Shown one piece after another: positions 1-9,021 of a stretch of DNA of 64,000 bases. Position 1 is the first letter of the stretch. Each line of letters starts with the position of its first letter. Below the pieces are notes generated by a model. That model was not told the DNA's origin. It was given only the letters and a program-made list of their open reading frames with translations, and did not search any database. Source of the stretch: Candidatus Cloacimonadota bacterium (lineage in GTDB: Bacteria > Cloacimonadota > Cloacimonadia > Cloacimonadales > TCS61); contig JAIPJH010000006.1 in assembly GCA_021734245.1 (NCBI GenBank), forward strand, positions 5,194 to 69,193, written 5' to 3'. The position numbers were made by a program, and so were the translations under genes.

Positions 1-1
1 G

Positions 2-577
2 GAAATGATCCCGGATCGCATCGAAGCAGGTACTTTTGTCATCGCTGGGGCAATAACCAAAAGCCCAATCACTATTGAAAATTGCATTCCCGATCATATT
101 CAGATATTATTGGAAAAATTAAAAGAAACCGGCTGCAACTTTGAAATTAATGATAATTCGATCAAAGTTATTCCTGCCGAAAATATCTTACCAACAGATA
201 TACAAACTCAACCTTATCCGCTCTTCCCCACAGATCTTCAGGCTCAGTTTCTGGCTTTGATGACTCTGGCAAACGGAACCAGTATCATCGAAGACACGAT
301 TTTCCCAGATCGATTTATGCATGTGGCAGAATTGAATCGTTTGGATGCTGATATTATAATGAATAAAAATGTAGCTACGATTAACGGAGTGAAATCTTTA
401 AGCGGAGCAGAAGTGATGGCGACCGATCTCCGCGCCAGTGCTGCTCTGGTTTTAGCAGGTTTGGCAGCATCAGGGCAAACCACCATTTCCCGCATCTATC
501 ACATCGATCGTGGGTATGAACGCATTGAAGAAAAACTGAAAAAAATGGGTGCAGACATTAAAAGGAAAAAAGGATGA
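2..577 (+). CDS. murA: UDP-N-acetylglucosamine 1-carboxyvinyltransferase, C-terminal part (5-prime end lies outside the window)
   Basis: Open from the window edge. The translation PDRIEAGTF...PYPLFPTDLQAQF...VMATDLRASAALVLAGL...IYHIDRGYERIEEKL matches the conserved C-terminal half of MurA. Confidence 0.9.
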   Translation, partial: EMIPDRIEAGTFVIAGAITKSPITIENCIPDHIQILLEKLKETGCNFEINDNSIKVIPAENILPTDIQTQPYPLFPTDLQAQFLALMTLANGTSIIEDTIFPDRFMHVAELNRLDADIIMNKNVATINGVKSLSGAEVMATDLRASAALVLAGLAASGQTTISRIYHIDRGYERIEEKLKKMGADIKRKKG

Positions 578-580
578 TTT

Positions 581-1009
581 ATGTCAGATTATGAAGAATT
601 CCAAAAGGAAGTTCAGCAAAATGAAAAGGAAAACGAAAAATTATTAGCTGAATTTGAAGGTTATTTAAGAAAAAAGGGACTTAAACCTAAGACTATACAT
701 AATCATAGGTTGAATGTTGATTTTTACATTAATGATTATTTGAATTATTATGATTCATTCAAAGCAGTTGAAGGTACCCAATTTATAAGCGGTTTTTTGG
801 GTGATTGGTTTATTCGAAAAGCTCTTTGGTCCAGTAAAGCTTTTATAAAAAGTTCTGCAGCAAGCATTAAGAAATTTTATACTTTTATGTATGAAAAAAA
901 ACTTATTTCAAAAGACGATCTCGATGATTTAAAAATGGAAATAAAAGAAATGCTTCCTGATTGGTTAGAAGCCATGGAAAACTATGAAAACAGCATTGAA
1001 GATTGGTAG
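581..1009 (+). CDS. Hypothetical 142-aa acidic protein; the N-terminal part weakly resembles an integrase core-binding (SAM-like) helix bundle
   Basis: The ATG lies 3 nt after the murA stop, suggesting translational coupling. The motif GLKPKTIHNHRLNVDFYINDY resembles tyrosine-recombinase N-terminal domains, but no catalytic domain follows. Confidence 0.4.
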   Translation: MSDYEEFQKEVQQNEKENEKLLAEFEGYLRKKGLKPKTIHNHRLNVDFYINDYLNYYDSFKAVEGTQFISGFLGDWFIRKALWSSKAFIKSSAASIKKFYTFMYEKKLISKDDLDDLKMEIKEMLPDWLEAMENYENSIEDW

Positions 1010-1044
1010 AATTTCTTAGTTTTGTTAGTTGTTAAGGAAAAATA

Positions 1045-2091
1045 ATGAAAATTGCCGTTGCCATGAGTGGTGGAGTGGACAGTTCAGTAGCTGCTGCACT
1101 TTTGCAGAAACAAGGACATGAAGTTTTCGGTGTAACGATGCACCATTTTGACAATTCAGCTTATGGTTTTGATGTTGATGAAGGAATCGATCAGGCAATT
1201 TTGGATGCGGCAAAAGTTTGTGAAAAATTGCAGATTCCGCATCATGTTCTGGATATTCAAACTGAATTTCATAATATAGTAGAAAATCATTTCATAAATG
1301 AATATAAAGCAGGAAGAACTCCAAATCCCTGCACGCTTTGCAATCCCACTATCAAATGGGGAGTTTTTCACGATCAGGTTTTGGCTTTGGGAGCAGAAAA
1401 AGTGGCAACCGGACATTATGTGAAATTGATCGATGAAAAGGGAACCTTCCAAATTCACAAAGCGGAAGATTCCCACAAAGATCAATCCTATTATCTCTGG
1501 GCGTTGAATCAGAAGCAGCTTTCCAAAACCCTCTTCCCCATTTCTGAGCTAACAAAACCGGAAGTGCGCAAGATCGCAAAAGAAATGCTTCTGCCGGTTC
1601 ATGAAAAAACCGACAGCCAGGAAATCTGCTTTATCAAAGGCCATTATGAAGATTATCTAAAAAAACATCTCGAATTTAAATCAGGCAACATAGTTTTGCA
1701 AAATGGAGAAATAATTGGAAAACACCGTGGATTACCACTTTACACAATCGGTCAGCGTAAAGGCTTGAACACTCCCTGGAAATCCGCCCTTTTTGTTTTA
1801 AAGTTGGATGTTGAGAAAAATGAACTCGTAGTTACAGATGATCCTGATGATCTGCTGGTTTCTGAATTTCGAATCAATAAAGTGAACTGGATCGATAAAA
1901 TTCCCGAAGAGAAAGATGGAATTTCTGTTCAAATCCGCTACAATAGCAAACCTGTCCCCATCAAGAAATTAGAATGTTGTGAAACAAGTTTGAAAGTTAT
2001 CCTTGAAAATCCGGTAAGAGCGGTAACGCCTGGTCAATCAGCTGTTTTTTATGAAACAGATCATCTGCTGGGCGGCGGAGTGATTTTATGA
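1045..2091 (+). CDS. mnmA: tRNA 2-thiouridine(34) synthase
   Basis: N-terminal PP-loop MKIAVAMSGGVDSSVAA, the CTLCN motif, expected length of 348 aa, and an upstream AAGGA ribosome-binding site. Confidence 0.9.
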   Translation: MKIAVAMSGGVDSSVAAALLQKQGHEVFGVTMHHFDNSAYGFDVDEGIDQAILDAAKVCEKLQIPHHVLDIQTEFHNIVENHFINEYKAGRTPNPCTLCNPTIKWGVFHDQVLALGAEKVATGHYVKLIDEKGTFQIHKAEDSHKDQSYYLWALNQKQLSKTLFPISELTKPEVRKIAKEMLLPVHEKTDSQEICFIKGHYEDYLKKHLEFKSGNIVLQNGEIIGKHRGLPLYTIGQRKGLNTPWKSALFVLKLDVEKNELVVTDDPDDLLVSEFRINKVNWIDKIPEEKDGISVQIRYNSKPVPIKKLECCETSLKVILENPVRAVTPGQSAVFYETDHLLGGGVIL

Positions 2092-2115
2092 GAATCATTG
2101 CGAAAGAAATATTTT

Positions 2116-2201
2116 GCTCCCCTTCGTAAGGGGAGATTAAGAGGGGTTTTGTCAGATATTTAAATTTGATTATCAAAATCAAACCCCCTCCCAAAGGGGA
2201 A
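2116..2201. repeat. Composite hairpin repeat: A-type hairpin, GAGGGGTTTTGTCAGATA AT-rich linker, then an inverted AAACCCCCTC arm
   Basis: gctccccttcgtaaggggag forms a 7-bp stem. gaggggtttt at 2141-2150 is the inverse complement of aaaccccctc at 2181-2190. A second copy lies at 3491-3594. Confidence 0.8.
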
Positions 2202-2218
2202 CTTCGAGGATTAATTAT

Positions 2219-3421
2219 ATGAAAAATAGCTTAATATTTTTAGTATTAGCGTTGATCTCCAACTTGGTTGCACAAGAACCTGAATGGGTAAATGCCTTCA
2301 TAGCAGGAAGAGCAATAGAAAATGCTCAAGAATATTATTTTGGAATTGGAATTGGAAATAGTTTTAAAGAATCTGATGATGATGCAAGATGTGAGTTTGC
2401 CAAGAATGTCGAGATCAAAATAGCTGAATCTATCCTGAATAAAAGAACAGAAATCAACTCGCAAGCTTCTGAAGAATTCAGTATGACCAGCGAAATTACA
2501 ACTGATATGATATTGCGGGGAGTTTTTATAACAGAACGATATTACGATGAAAATGAAGATGAATATTTCAGTTTGATCTGCATAGTAAAAGAAGATTTTT
2601 TTGACCTTATTCAAAATGAGATCGAATTGGAAAAGCAGAGAAAAGCTGAAATCCTGGCTCAAACTCAAGAGATGAATCAACTGGATGAGCAGCTGAAATC
2701 GGAAGAATTAAAAAAGGATCAGACTGAATTAGATTATAAGAAGAAAAAACTTCAGCTCAAAAAAGAAAAAGAAGATATCGAATACGGTATTTACGAAGAT
2801 TTCTTGTGCATGCAGCCACCAAGACGCATCATCAGCATCGAAACTGCCTGCATTTCCAAAAAGCTTTTTTCAACCGACTTTAAGCTAAGAATTGCACCTT
2901 ACAAAGCTGATAAAATTGATTTCTCATTGAGATTGGGAATTGCGGAATTTATCGTACGAAATTATTGGCAAAATGAGGAGTTCAACACCTATAATTCAAG
3001 CATTAGACTGCAGCTTCTTCCCCATGCAGGAAGAATTGTTCGCTACAGTATTAGTGCTGGAATGGAAAGCGAAGATATTCCAAATGAAATTGGTAATAAA
3101 AATTTTAAGGAAATGAATTTTTCACCTCGAATCACGGGAACTATATGCTTACCTATGTATTACTCTTTTGTTTCCTGTTTCGTCAGCAATTCTGAAGCTG
3201 TAATTGCAGAGCAGTTATATTTTCCCTGGGATGTATTTGGAGAAATGCTAAGTTTTACTGCAGAATTGAAATATGTCTGGAATGAAGATAGTCGAAACAA
3301 ATTTGGTGATGAATTTCTTTTTCAACCGGGAATTCATTTCCAACCTACCAAAACGTTAGGTGCGACTTTTAGTTACGAGGAAAATCAGAAGTTCATTTTT
3401 ACTTTTGAATGGAGTATATAA
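2219..3421 (+). CDS. Secreted hypothetical protein: LPP20-like N-terminal domain, coiled coil, and a beta-rich C-terminal half
   Basis: Signal peptide MKNSLIFLVLALISNLVAQ, motif EPEWVNAF...YYFGIGIG, a K/E-rich coiled coil, and alternating hydrophobic strands to the C-terminus (FTFEWSI). Confidence 0.55.
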   Translation: MKNSLIFLVLALISNLVAQEPEWVNAFIAGRAIENAQEYYFGIGIGNSFKESDDDARCEFAKNVEIKIAESILNKRTEINSQASEEFSMTSEITTDMILRGVFITERYYDENEDEYFSLICIVKEDFFDLIQNEIELEKQRKAEILAQTQEMNQLDEQLKSEELKKDQTELDYKKKKLQLKKEKEDIEYGIYEDFLCMQPPRRIISIETACISKKLFSTDFKLRIAPYKADKIDFSLRLGIAEFIVRNYWQNEEFNTYNSSIRLQLLPHAGRIVRYSISAGMESEDIPNEIGNKNFKEMNFSPRITGTICLPMYYSFVSCFVSNSEAVIAEQLYFPWDVFGEMLSFTAELKYVWNEDSRNKFGDEFLFQPGIHFQPTKTLGATFSYEENQKFIFTFEWSI

Positions 3422-3490
3422 AAAAACGAACAAGACTAACAAAAATAATCTTTTTTATCTGTTCGATTGATTTATTTGTTAGTTGTTTAA

Positions 3491-3594
3491 GCTCCCCTTC
3501 GTAAGGGGAGAAGAAGACGAAGTCGAAGTCGAAGAGGGGTTTTGTCAGATAAATAATTTTGATTATTAAACCTCTTCCCCTTCTAAAGGGAGAC
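3491..3594. repeat. Composite hairpin repeat, second copy of the 2116-2201 element
   Basis: gctccccttcgtaaggggagaagaagacgaagtcgaagtcgaagaggggttttgtcagataaataattttgattattaaacctcttcccc. It shares the A hairpin and the ggggttttgtcagata...ttgattat linker with 2116-2201. Confidence 0.8.
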
Positions 3595-3625
3595 TGAATA
3601 AAAAAAAGATTTAGGAGAAATAAAA

Positions 3626-4723
3626 TTGAAAAAACAGAAAATCCATCTTATCGTGGGAGCCAGGCCGAACTTTATGAAGATGGCACCGCTCTATAAAGAG
3701 TTTGCCAAATTTCCGGAAGAATTTGAATTGAAGCTGATCCACACCGGACAGCATTATGATGAACGCATGAGTAAGTTTTTCTTTGATGATCTGCAAATGC
3801 CAAAACCAGATGAATATCTAGAAGTCGGCAGCGGAACACATGGTCAGCAAACTGCCAGAATTATGGAGCGCTATGAAAAAGTTCTGCTGAAAGAAAAACC
3901 TGATCTGGTTATAGTTGCCGGCGATGTGAACAGCACTTCTGCCTGCGCTATCGATGCCGTAAAATTGCACATTCCGGTTGCACATCTGGAAGCAGGACTG
4001 CGCAGTTTTGCCCGAACCATGCCGGAAGAGATTAATCGAATTTTAACCGATGCAATCTCCGATTATCTTCTCACACCTTCTACCGACGGAGACGAAAATC
4101 TACTAAATGAAGGCGTTCCCAAAGAAAAAATTCATTTCGTTGGAAATATCATGATCGATTCGCTGATACAATACAAAGATAAGGCAAAACAATCTGATAT
4201 CCTAAAAAAAATCGCAATCAAAGAAAAAGAATATGCTCTGATCACTCTGCACCGGCCTTCCAATGTAGATAGCGAAAAAGGATTGCTTACAATCTTGAAT
4301 GCTTTCGAAGAAATTTCCAAATCGATCAAACTTGTTTTTCCAATCCATCCCAGAACCAGAAAGCAGATCTCAGAATTTGATTTGGAAGAAAAAGTAGAGA
4401 AAATGACTAATCTTATTTTAACAGATCCAGTTGGGTATTACGATTTTTTGAAATTGCAGATGGAAGCAAAATTCATTCTTACCGATTCCGGCGGAATACA
4501 GGAAGAATCGACCTATTTTGGAGTTCCCTGCCTTACTTTGCGACCAAATACAGAAAGACCGATAACTATCTGGGAAGGAACCAACAAACTTGTAAAACTG
4601 GAAACCGACGACATCATAAAAGAAGCGAAAGAAATTTTGAATGGCAATATAAAAAATGGTAAAATTCCCAAATACTGGGATGGCAAAACTGCAGAAAGGA
4701 TCGTTAAGATATTTAGGAAATAA
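3626..4723 (+). CDS. wecB: UDP-N-acetylglucosamine 2-epimerase (non-hydrolysing)
   Basis: TTG start 8 nt after AGGAG. The motifs VGARPNFMKMAPL, HTGQHYD, GDVNST and DSGGIQEE are typical of WecB/MnaA. Confidence 0.88.
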   Translation: MKKQKIHLIVGARPNFMKMAPLYKEFAKFPEEFELKLIHTGQHYDERMSKFFFDDLQMPKPDEYLEVGSGTHGQQTARIMERYEKVLLKEKPDLVIVAGDVNSTSACAIDAVKLHIPVAHLEAGLRSFARTMPEEINRILTDAISDYLLTPSTDGDENLLNEGVPKEKIHFVGNIMIDSLIQYKDKAKQSDILKKIAIKEKEYALITLHRPSNVDSEKGLLTILNAFEEISKSIKLVFPIHPRTRKQISEFDLEEKVEKMTNLILTDPVGYYDFLKLQMEAKFILTDSGGIQEESTYFGVPCLTLRPNTERPITIWEGTNKLVKLETDDIIKEAKEILNGNIKNGKIPKYWDGKTAERIVKIFRK

Positions 4724-4756
4724 CCTTGCGGATGGTTGAAAACCTCCGCAATGGTT
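4722..4756. repeat. Imperfect palindrome, family E (aaccttgcggatggtt..aacctccgcaatggtt)
   Basis: It overlaps the wecB TAA stop. A near-identical copy lies at 15240-15273. Confidence 0.75.
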
Positions 4757-4822
4757 AAAAGAAAATTATGAAAGAAATTACACACCCCACAGCTGAAGCC
4801 GCACCCCTCTTATAGAGGAGAA

Positions 4823-6019
4823 ATGGATTTTTTACCAGTAGCATCAGATTTTATTTCAGATAAAGAGATTCAATCGATTATTGAACTCAATGCCAATTAT
4901 TTTAAGAAATTGGCTTGTCAGCAGATATCAATTGATTCGATTCAAGATTTTGAACTTCTCTATTACTTTGTTGTTACCGGTGGAACCGAACAGCAGATCC
5001 TTGATATACATCAACAGCGTTTAAGAAAGCATCCAAATGAAAAAGTTGTCTTGCTGGCTCACGCTACCCACAATTCTCTTCCTGCGGCTTTGGAAGTATT
5101 GGCAAGATTGCAGCAGGAAAATATTGAAGGAAAAATTATTTATCTTCCCGCAGTAGAATTTGAAACTACATCTCCAAAATCTCCGAGCATTCAATATTTT
5201 TCGCAAAAAGATATTTTATCCGATAAACGAATCGGATTGATCGGTAAACCTTCTGATTGGCTGGTGGCAAGCAGTCCGAGGATTGCAACTGTGAAAGAAG
5301 CATTTGGTGCTGAAGTAATCGAGATCAAATTGGACGAATTGAAAGATTTATTTAAAGCAATCCCAAATTCTGAAATTTCTGTAATAAAAACAGAATTTAT
5401 CTCTAAGGCGAAATCAATTCTTGAACCTTCCCAATCTGAAATAGACGATAACATTCGAGTTTATTTAACGATGAAAAAGTTGATTTCCAAGTACAATCTT
5501 GATGCCGTAACAATTCGTTGTTTCGATCTGGTTCTCGACCTGAAAACTACCGGCTGTTTTGCACTTTCCCGCTTAAATGACGAAAGAATAATTGCTGGGT
5601 GCGAAGGCGATCTGGTCAGCACTCTCGGAATGATGTGGGCTTATGAAAAAGCCGGTAATCTCCCCTGGATGGCAAATCCAGCTCAAATTGACATGAAAGA
5701 TAATTCATTGATTCTGGCACATTGCACAGTTCCCTGCAGTCTGGTTTCCAATTTCAAAATCCGTTCACATTTTGAATCGGGAATCGGTGTGGGAATTCAG
5801 GGAGAATTTCCTTTGCAGGAAATTGAGATTTTCCGATTGGGTGGCAAAGAACTTAATAAATTCTGGCAGGTAAAAGGAAAGATAATCCAAACCGGAAATG
5901 ATGATAATTTGTGTAGAACGCAGATAAAAGTGAAACTGGATGATGAATATTCTGTTCAGGATTTATTAACACAGCCGTTGGGAAATCATTTGGTGATTTG
6001 TTCAACACAGAGACGCTGA
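4823..6019 (+). CDS. Sugar isomerase-like protein (L-fucose/L-arabinose isomerase family resemblance)
   Basis: GAGGAG ribosome-binding site. The C-terminal region IRCFDLV...GCEGDLVSTLGMMW...ILAHCT resembles the metal-binding core of the FucI/AraA family. The assignment is tentative. Confidence 0.4.
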   Translation: MDFLPVASDFISDKEIQSIIELNANYFKKLACQQISIDSIQDFELLYYFVVTGGTEQQILDIHQQRLRKHPNEKVVLLAHATHNSLPAALEVLARLQQENIEGKIIYLPAVEFETTSPKSPSIQYFSQKDILSDKRIGLIGKPSDWLVASSPRIATVKEAFGAEVIEIKLDELKDLFKAIPNSEISVIKTEFISKAKSILEPSQSEIDDNIRVYLTMKKLISKYNLDAVTIRCFDLVLDLKTTGCFALSRLNDERIIAGCEGDLVSTLGMMWAYEKAGNLPWMANPAQIDMKDNSLILAHCTVPCSLVSNFKIRSHFESGIGVGIQGEFPLQEIEIFRLGGKELNKFWQVKGKIIQTGNDDNLCRTQIKVKLDDEYSVQDLLTQPLGNHLVICSTQRR

Positions 6020-6120
6020 GACACAGAAATCAAAGAGCAAACAATTCTGTTGAAGAAAACGATCAGCCTGATCGCTGATCTTTCAGTTTTAATCTTCTTT
6101 ATTCGTTGTTAGTTTTTCTA

Positions 6121-6157
6121 AAAACAAAAAACCTCCCGATTACTCAGGAGGTTTTCT
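6121..6157. terminator. Bidirectional intrinsic terminator between convergent genes
   Basis: The stem acctcc (6131-6136) pairs with ggaggt (6147-6152). It is flanked by an A-run on one side and ttttctt on the other. Confidence 0.6.
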
Positions 6158-6169
6158 TAATGAATTATT

Positions 6170-6490
6170 TTAAATTAAATCTTTGAACTTTTCAACGATC
6201 TTATCTTTACTGGCCAAACCGATGATCTGTCCTTCCACATTTCCAGCTTTGAAGATGAGCAAAGTAGGAATCGACATAATGGAAAACTGGTTAGCTACAT
6301 TTGGGCTTGAATCGATATTGATCTTGCAAACTTTAAGTTTGCCATCATATTCTGTTGCAATATCTTCCACCGTTGGAGATAACGCTTTACACGGTCCACA
6401 CCAGGGTGCCCAAAAATCTACTAAAACTGGAAGATCATTTTGCAGAACTTCCTGTTCAAAATTGTCTTGATTAACTTCGATCAAACCCAT
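6170..6490 (-). CDS. trxA: Thioredoxin
   Basis: WAPWCGPCK active site, 106 aa, GAGGAGG ribosome-binding site. Confidence 0.92.
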   Translation of the reverse strand: MGLIEVNQDNFEQEVLQNDLPVLVDFWAPWCGPCKALSPTVEDIATEYDGKLKVCKINIDSSPNVANQFSIMSIPTLLIFKAGNVEGQIIGLASKDKIVEKFKDLI

Positions 6491-6505
6491 TTTTCCTCCT
6501 CGGTT

Positions 6506-6778
6506 TTATTCGATTACAGCCAAGATGTCGCTGCGAGAAATTATTTTAATTTTCTTTCCTTCCAGATCGAACTCGTCTCCACCATATTTGGCAAAGATCA
6601 CTTTATCACCAACTTTTACCAATTCCTGCAGTTCTTCGTCAGTACCAACTGCAATGATCTCAGCAATTTGTGGTTTTTCTTTGGCTGTATCGGGAATGAT
6701 GATTCCACCAACGTTTTTCTCAGCCAATTCTTCTTTCATCTCGATCACAACTCGGTCATCAAGTGGTTTTAATTTCAT
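6506..6778 (-). CDS. groES: Co-chaperonin GroES
   Basis: MKLKPLDDRVVIE...GGIIIPDTAKEKPQ...VGDKVIFAKYGG. The ATG at 6778 is preceded by GGAGGA; the longer ORF beginning at 6790 uses TTG and is unlikely. Confidence 0.9.
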   Translation of the reverse strand: MKLKPLDDRVVIEMKEELAEKNVGGIIIPDTAKEKPQIAEIIAVGTDEELQELVKVGDKVIFAKYGGDEFDLEGKKIKIISRSDILAVIE

Positions 6779-6901
6779 ATTTTCCTCCAAAAATAAATTT
6801 TTTCTTTTCTAAATTTCACTAAAATACACTAAATAATTTTCATTTTTTAGCAAACACTTTTTTAGAGTGCCAGGTTTTTTGGTCAAGAAAAATTTACTTA
6901 C

Positions 6902-8173
6902 TTATTTTTTTGTTTTAGATTGCAGAAAGGAAACCAGGTTTTCTGCTGAAATATCCTGCTGTTCACCGCTTTGCATATTTTTTACAACTACGATATTTTT
7001 TTTGATCTCATCTTCTCCAATAATGATCGTAAATCTGGCATTTTCCTTATCGGCAGCTTTCATCTGTGCTTTCAAAGATTCCTTATCAGGATTGTATTCA
7101 GCTTTGATATTATTAGTTCGTAAATTCAGAAGCATATCGGCAGCTTTGTTTTTCGCTTCATCGCCAATTAAAACCAGGAAAACATCAGGTTTCGGAAGTT
7201 CTCCGAAAAATACCTTTTCAGTTTCCATCGATAAAATTAGACGTTCAAAACCACCTGCAAAACCTATACCAGGCGTTTCTCTGCCACCAAACTGTCGTAC
7301 CAATCCGTTGTATCTTCCACCGCCGATCAAAGCGTTTTGTGCTCCCAGATTATTATCCAGGAATTCAAAAGCTGTTTTGTTGTAATAATCCAAACCGCGC
7401 ACGATTTTGGGGTTCACTTTAAATGGAATTTTCATTTGATTCAAATATTTTTTTACTTCTTCAAAATGCGTTTTACATTCTTCATCCAGATATTCAAACA
7501 TATCAGGAGCATCCGTTGCTATTTCTTTGCATGTTGGCACTTTGCAATCCAGCAATCTTTTTGGATTCTTATCTATTCTTGTTTTACAATCTGAACAAAG
7601 TTTATCGAGATTTGGTGTAAAGTATTCCACAAGTGCTTTATCGTAATCTTTACTGCAATTTTCACAGCCGATGCTGTTGATTTCCAATTCAAAATTCTTG
7701 AGTTCAAGATTTGAAAGGAATTTATAGCCAAAAGCAATCACTTCCGCATCGATAAATGGATTGTCGCTGCCGATATTTTCGATACCGTATTGATAAAATT
7801 GTCGATAACGTCCTTTCTGCGGACGATCGTATCTGAACATTGGCCCCATATAATAGAGTTTGGAATTTCCACCGGTCATTCCGAGATTATTTTCTACAAA
7901 GGAACGAACTACAGAAGCGGTTCCTTCCGGGCGTAAAGCAAAATTCCTGCCTTTTTTATCCTGAAAACGATACATCTCTTTCTGAACGATATCGGAACTG
8001 TCACCCACACTGCGTTCAAAAACATCCGTCTGTTCAAAAATCGGTGTAACAATTTCCTGAAAATTGAATTGTTCAGCTGTTTCTCGAAAAATTTTTTTGA
8101 TGTACTGCCACTTATAACTTTCGTTTGGTAATATGTCGTAAGTTCCACGTGGTACTTTGTACTTTTTTGCCAT
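6902..8173 (-). CDS. hisS: Histidine--tRNA ligase
   Basis: MAKKYKVPRGTYDILP, class II motifs (FRYDRPQKGRYRQF, GGGRYNGL), 423 aa. Confidence 0.92.
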   Translation of the reverse strand: MAKKYKVPRGTYDILPNESYKWQYIKKIFRETAEQFNFQEIVTPIFEQTDVFERSVGDSSDIVQKEMYRFQDKKGRNFALRPEGTASVVRSFVENNLGMTGGNSKLYYMGPMFRYDRPQKGRYRQFYQYGIENIGSDNPFIDAEVIAFGYKFLSNLELKNFELEINSIGCENCSKDYDKALVEYFTPNLDKLCSDCKTRIDKNPKRLLDCKVPTCKEIATDAPDMFEYLDEECKTHFEEVKKYLNQMKIPFKVNPKIVRGLDYYNKTAFEFLDNNLGAQNALIGGGRYNGLVRQFGGRETPGIGFAGGFERLILSMETEKVFFGELPKPDVFLVLIGDEAKNKAADMLLNLRTNNIKAEYNPDKESLKAQMKAADKENARFTIIIGEDEIKKNIVVVKNMQSGEQQDISAENLVSFLQSKTKK

Positions 8174-8220
8174 TTCCTAATTCCTAATTCTTAATTGAAA
8201 ATTTCAAATTTTTAAAAAAA

Positions 8221-8484
8221 GTGTGCACCTGCATTCGATACCTATTCCATAACAAGAGATAACAGCCAGCTCAAACCAAGTAGACCAACGGCACATTGCA
8301 AGATCTGCTTATTGCTGCTTCCTTCCAGACCTGACAAGGTTCACAGTTTACAATTGCGTCGGGCTTGATTCTCAACACCGCTTATTATTCTTGAAACGGA
8401 AATCAGTATTCTCCTGCAGGAATTCAGCCCCGCTATAGCGGATTGCGGGTTACAAGGCACCGCTGACTCCCCACCTAGCACACA
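8221..8484 (-). ncRNA. ffs: Signal recognition particle RNA, long (Alu-domain-containing, Bacillus-like) form
   Basis: The minus-strand sequence ccttgtcaggtctggaaggaagcagcaataagcagat matches the universally conserved SRP RNA domain IV (GUCAGGUCCGGAAGGAAGCAGC). The ends gtgtgc and gcacac can pair. Boundaries are approximate, within about 20 nt. Confidence 0.8.
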
Positions 8485-9021
8485 TTATTTATATCACTTA
8501 TTATTGTTTGAAATGCATAGTTTTAAAGCATAGTTTTTGTGTCAAGTTCGGTTTGTTGGGCAATTATATTTGAAATCACTGAATAAAATCTGTCAAAATC
8601 CTTTAAAGTTTGAATTGTAAGAATTTCATTTCGCATAGATTAAAATAAAGTAAAAAAATTGAACTTTATTCAATTCAATTATTATATAAATTATTGAACA
8701 AGGAATTTTGAAAACTTTGATACCAAACAGAAATAACGAATTTTACATATGTATAATATTTCTTGACTGATAATAATTTAATTAAAAAATAAATTAAAAT
8801 TAAAAAAACTTCTTGACCTAACTTCCTAAATTGGAGTTTTTTACCTATTGGATAATGTGAAATACAGCAAGATTCTCATAACTATGCATTATAACTATTC
8901 AAAATCCACTTTTTAGAATTATTTTTTTGGTAATTTTTGTTTTTTTTAAATGTACGTGCGCATGCATGTGATTAATAATGTGTTTAATGATAATTTAATA
9001 AAATTTTTCTTAGGAGGAAAA

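Noticed and set aside
6183-7594. The ORFs at 6183-6470, 6440-6772, 6525-6812, 6867-7385 and 7337-7594 on the plus strand.
   Set aside because: They are antisense shadows of trxA, groES and hisS. They have low-complexity composition, no ribosome-binding sites and no recognisable motifs. The same reasoning applies to other antisense ORFs such as 15901-16434 (in nadB), 33174-33734 (in rnfB), 45865-46479 (in proS), 39983-40378 and 50439-50807.
8950-9021. The upstream extension of the giant ORF (MYVRMHVINNVFNDNLIKFFLGGK).
   Set aside because: A strong AGGAGG ribosome-binding site and a canonical signal peptide begin at the ATG at 9022. The extension is AT-rich leader sequence.
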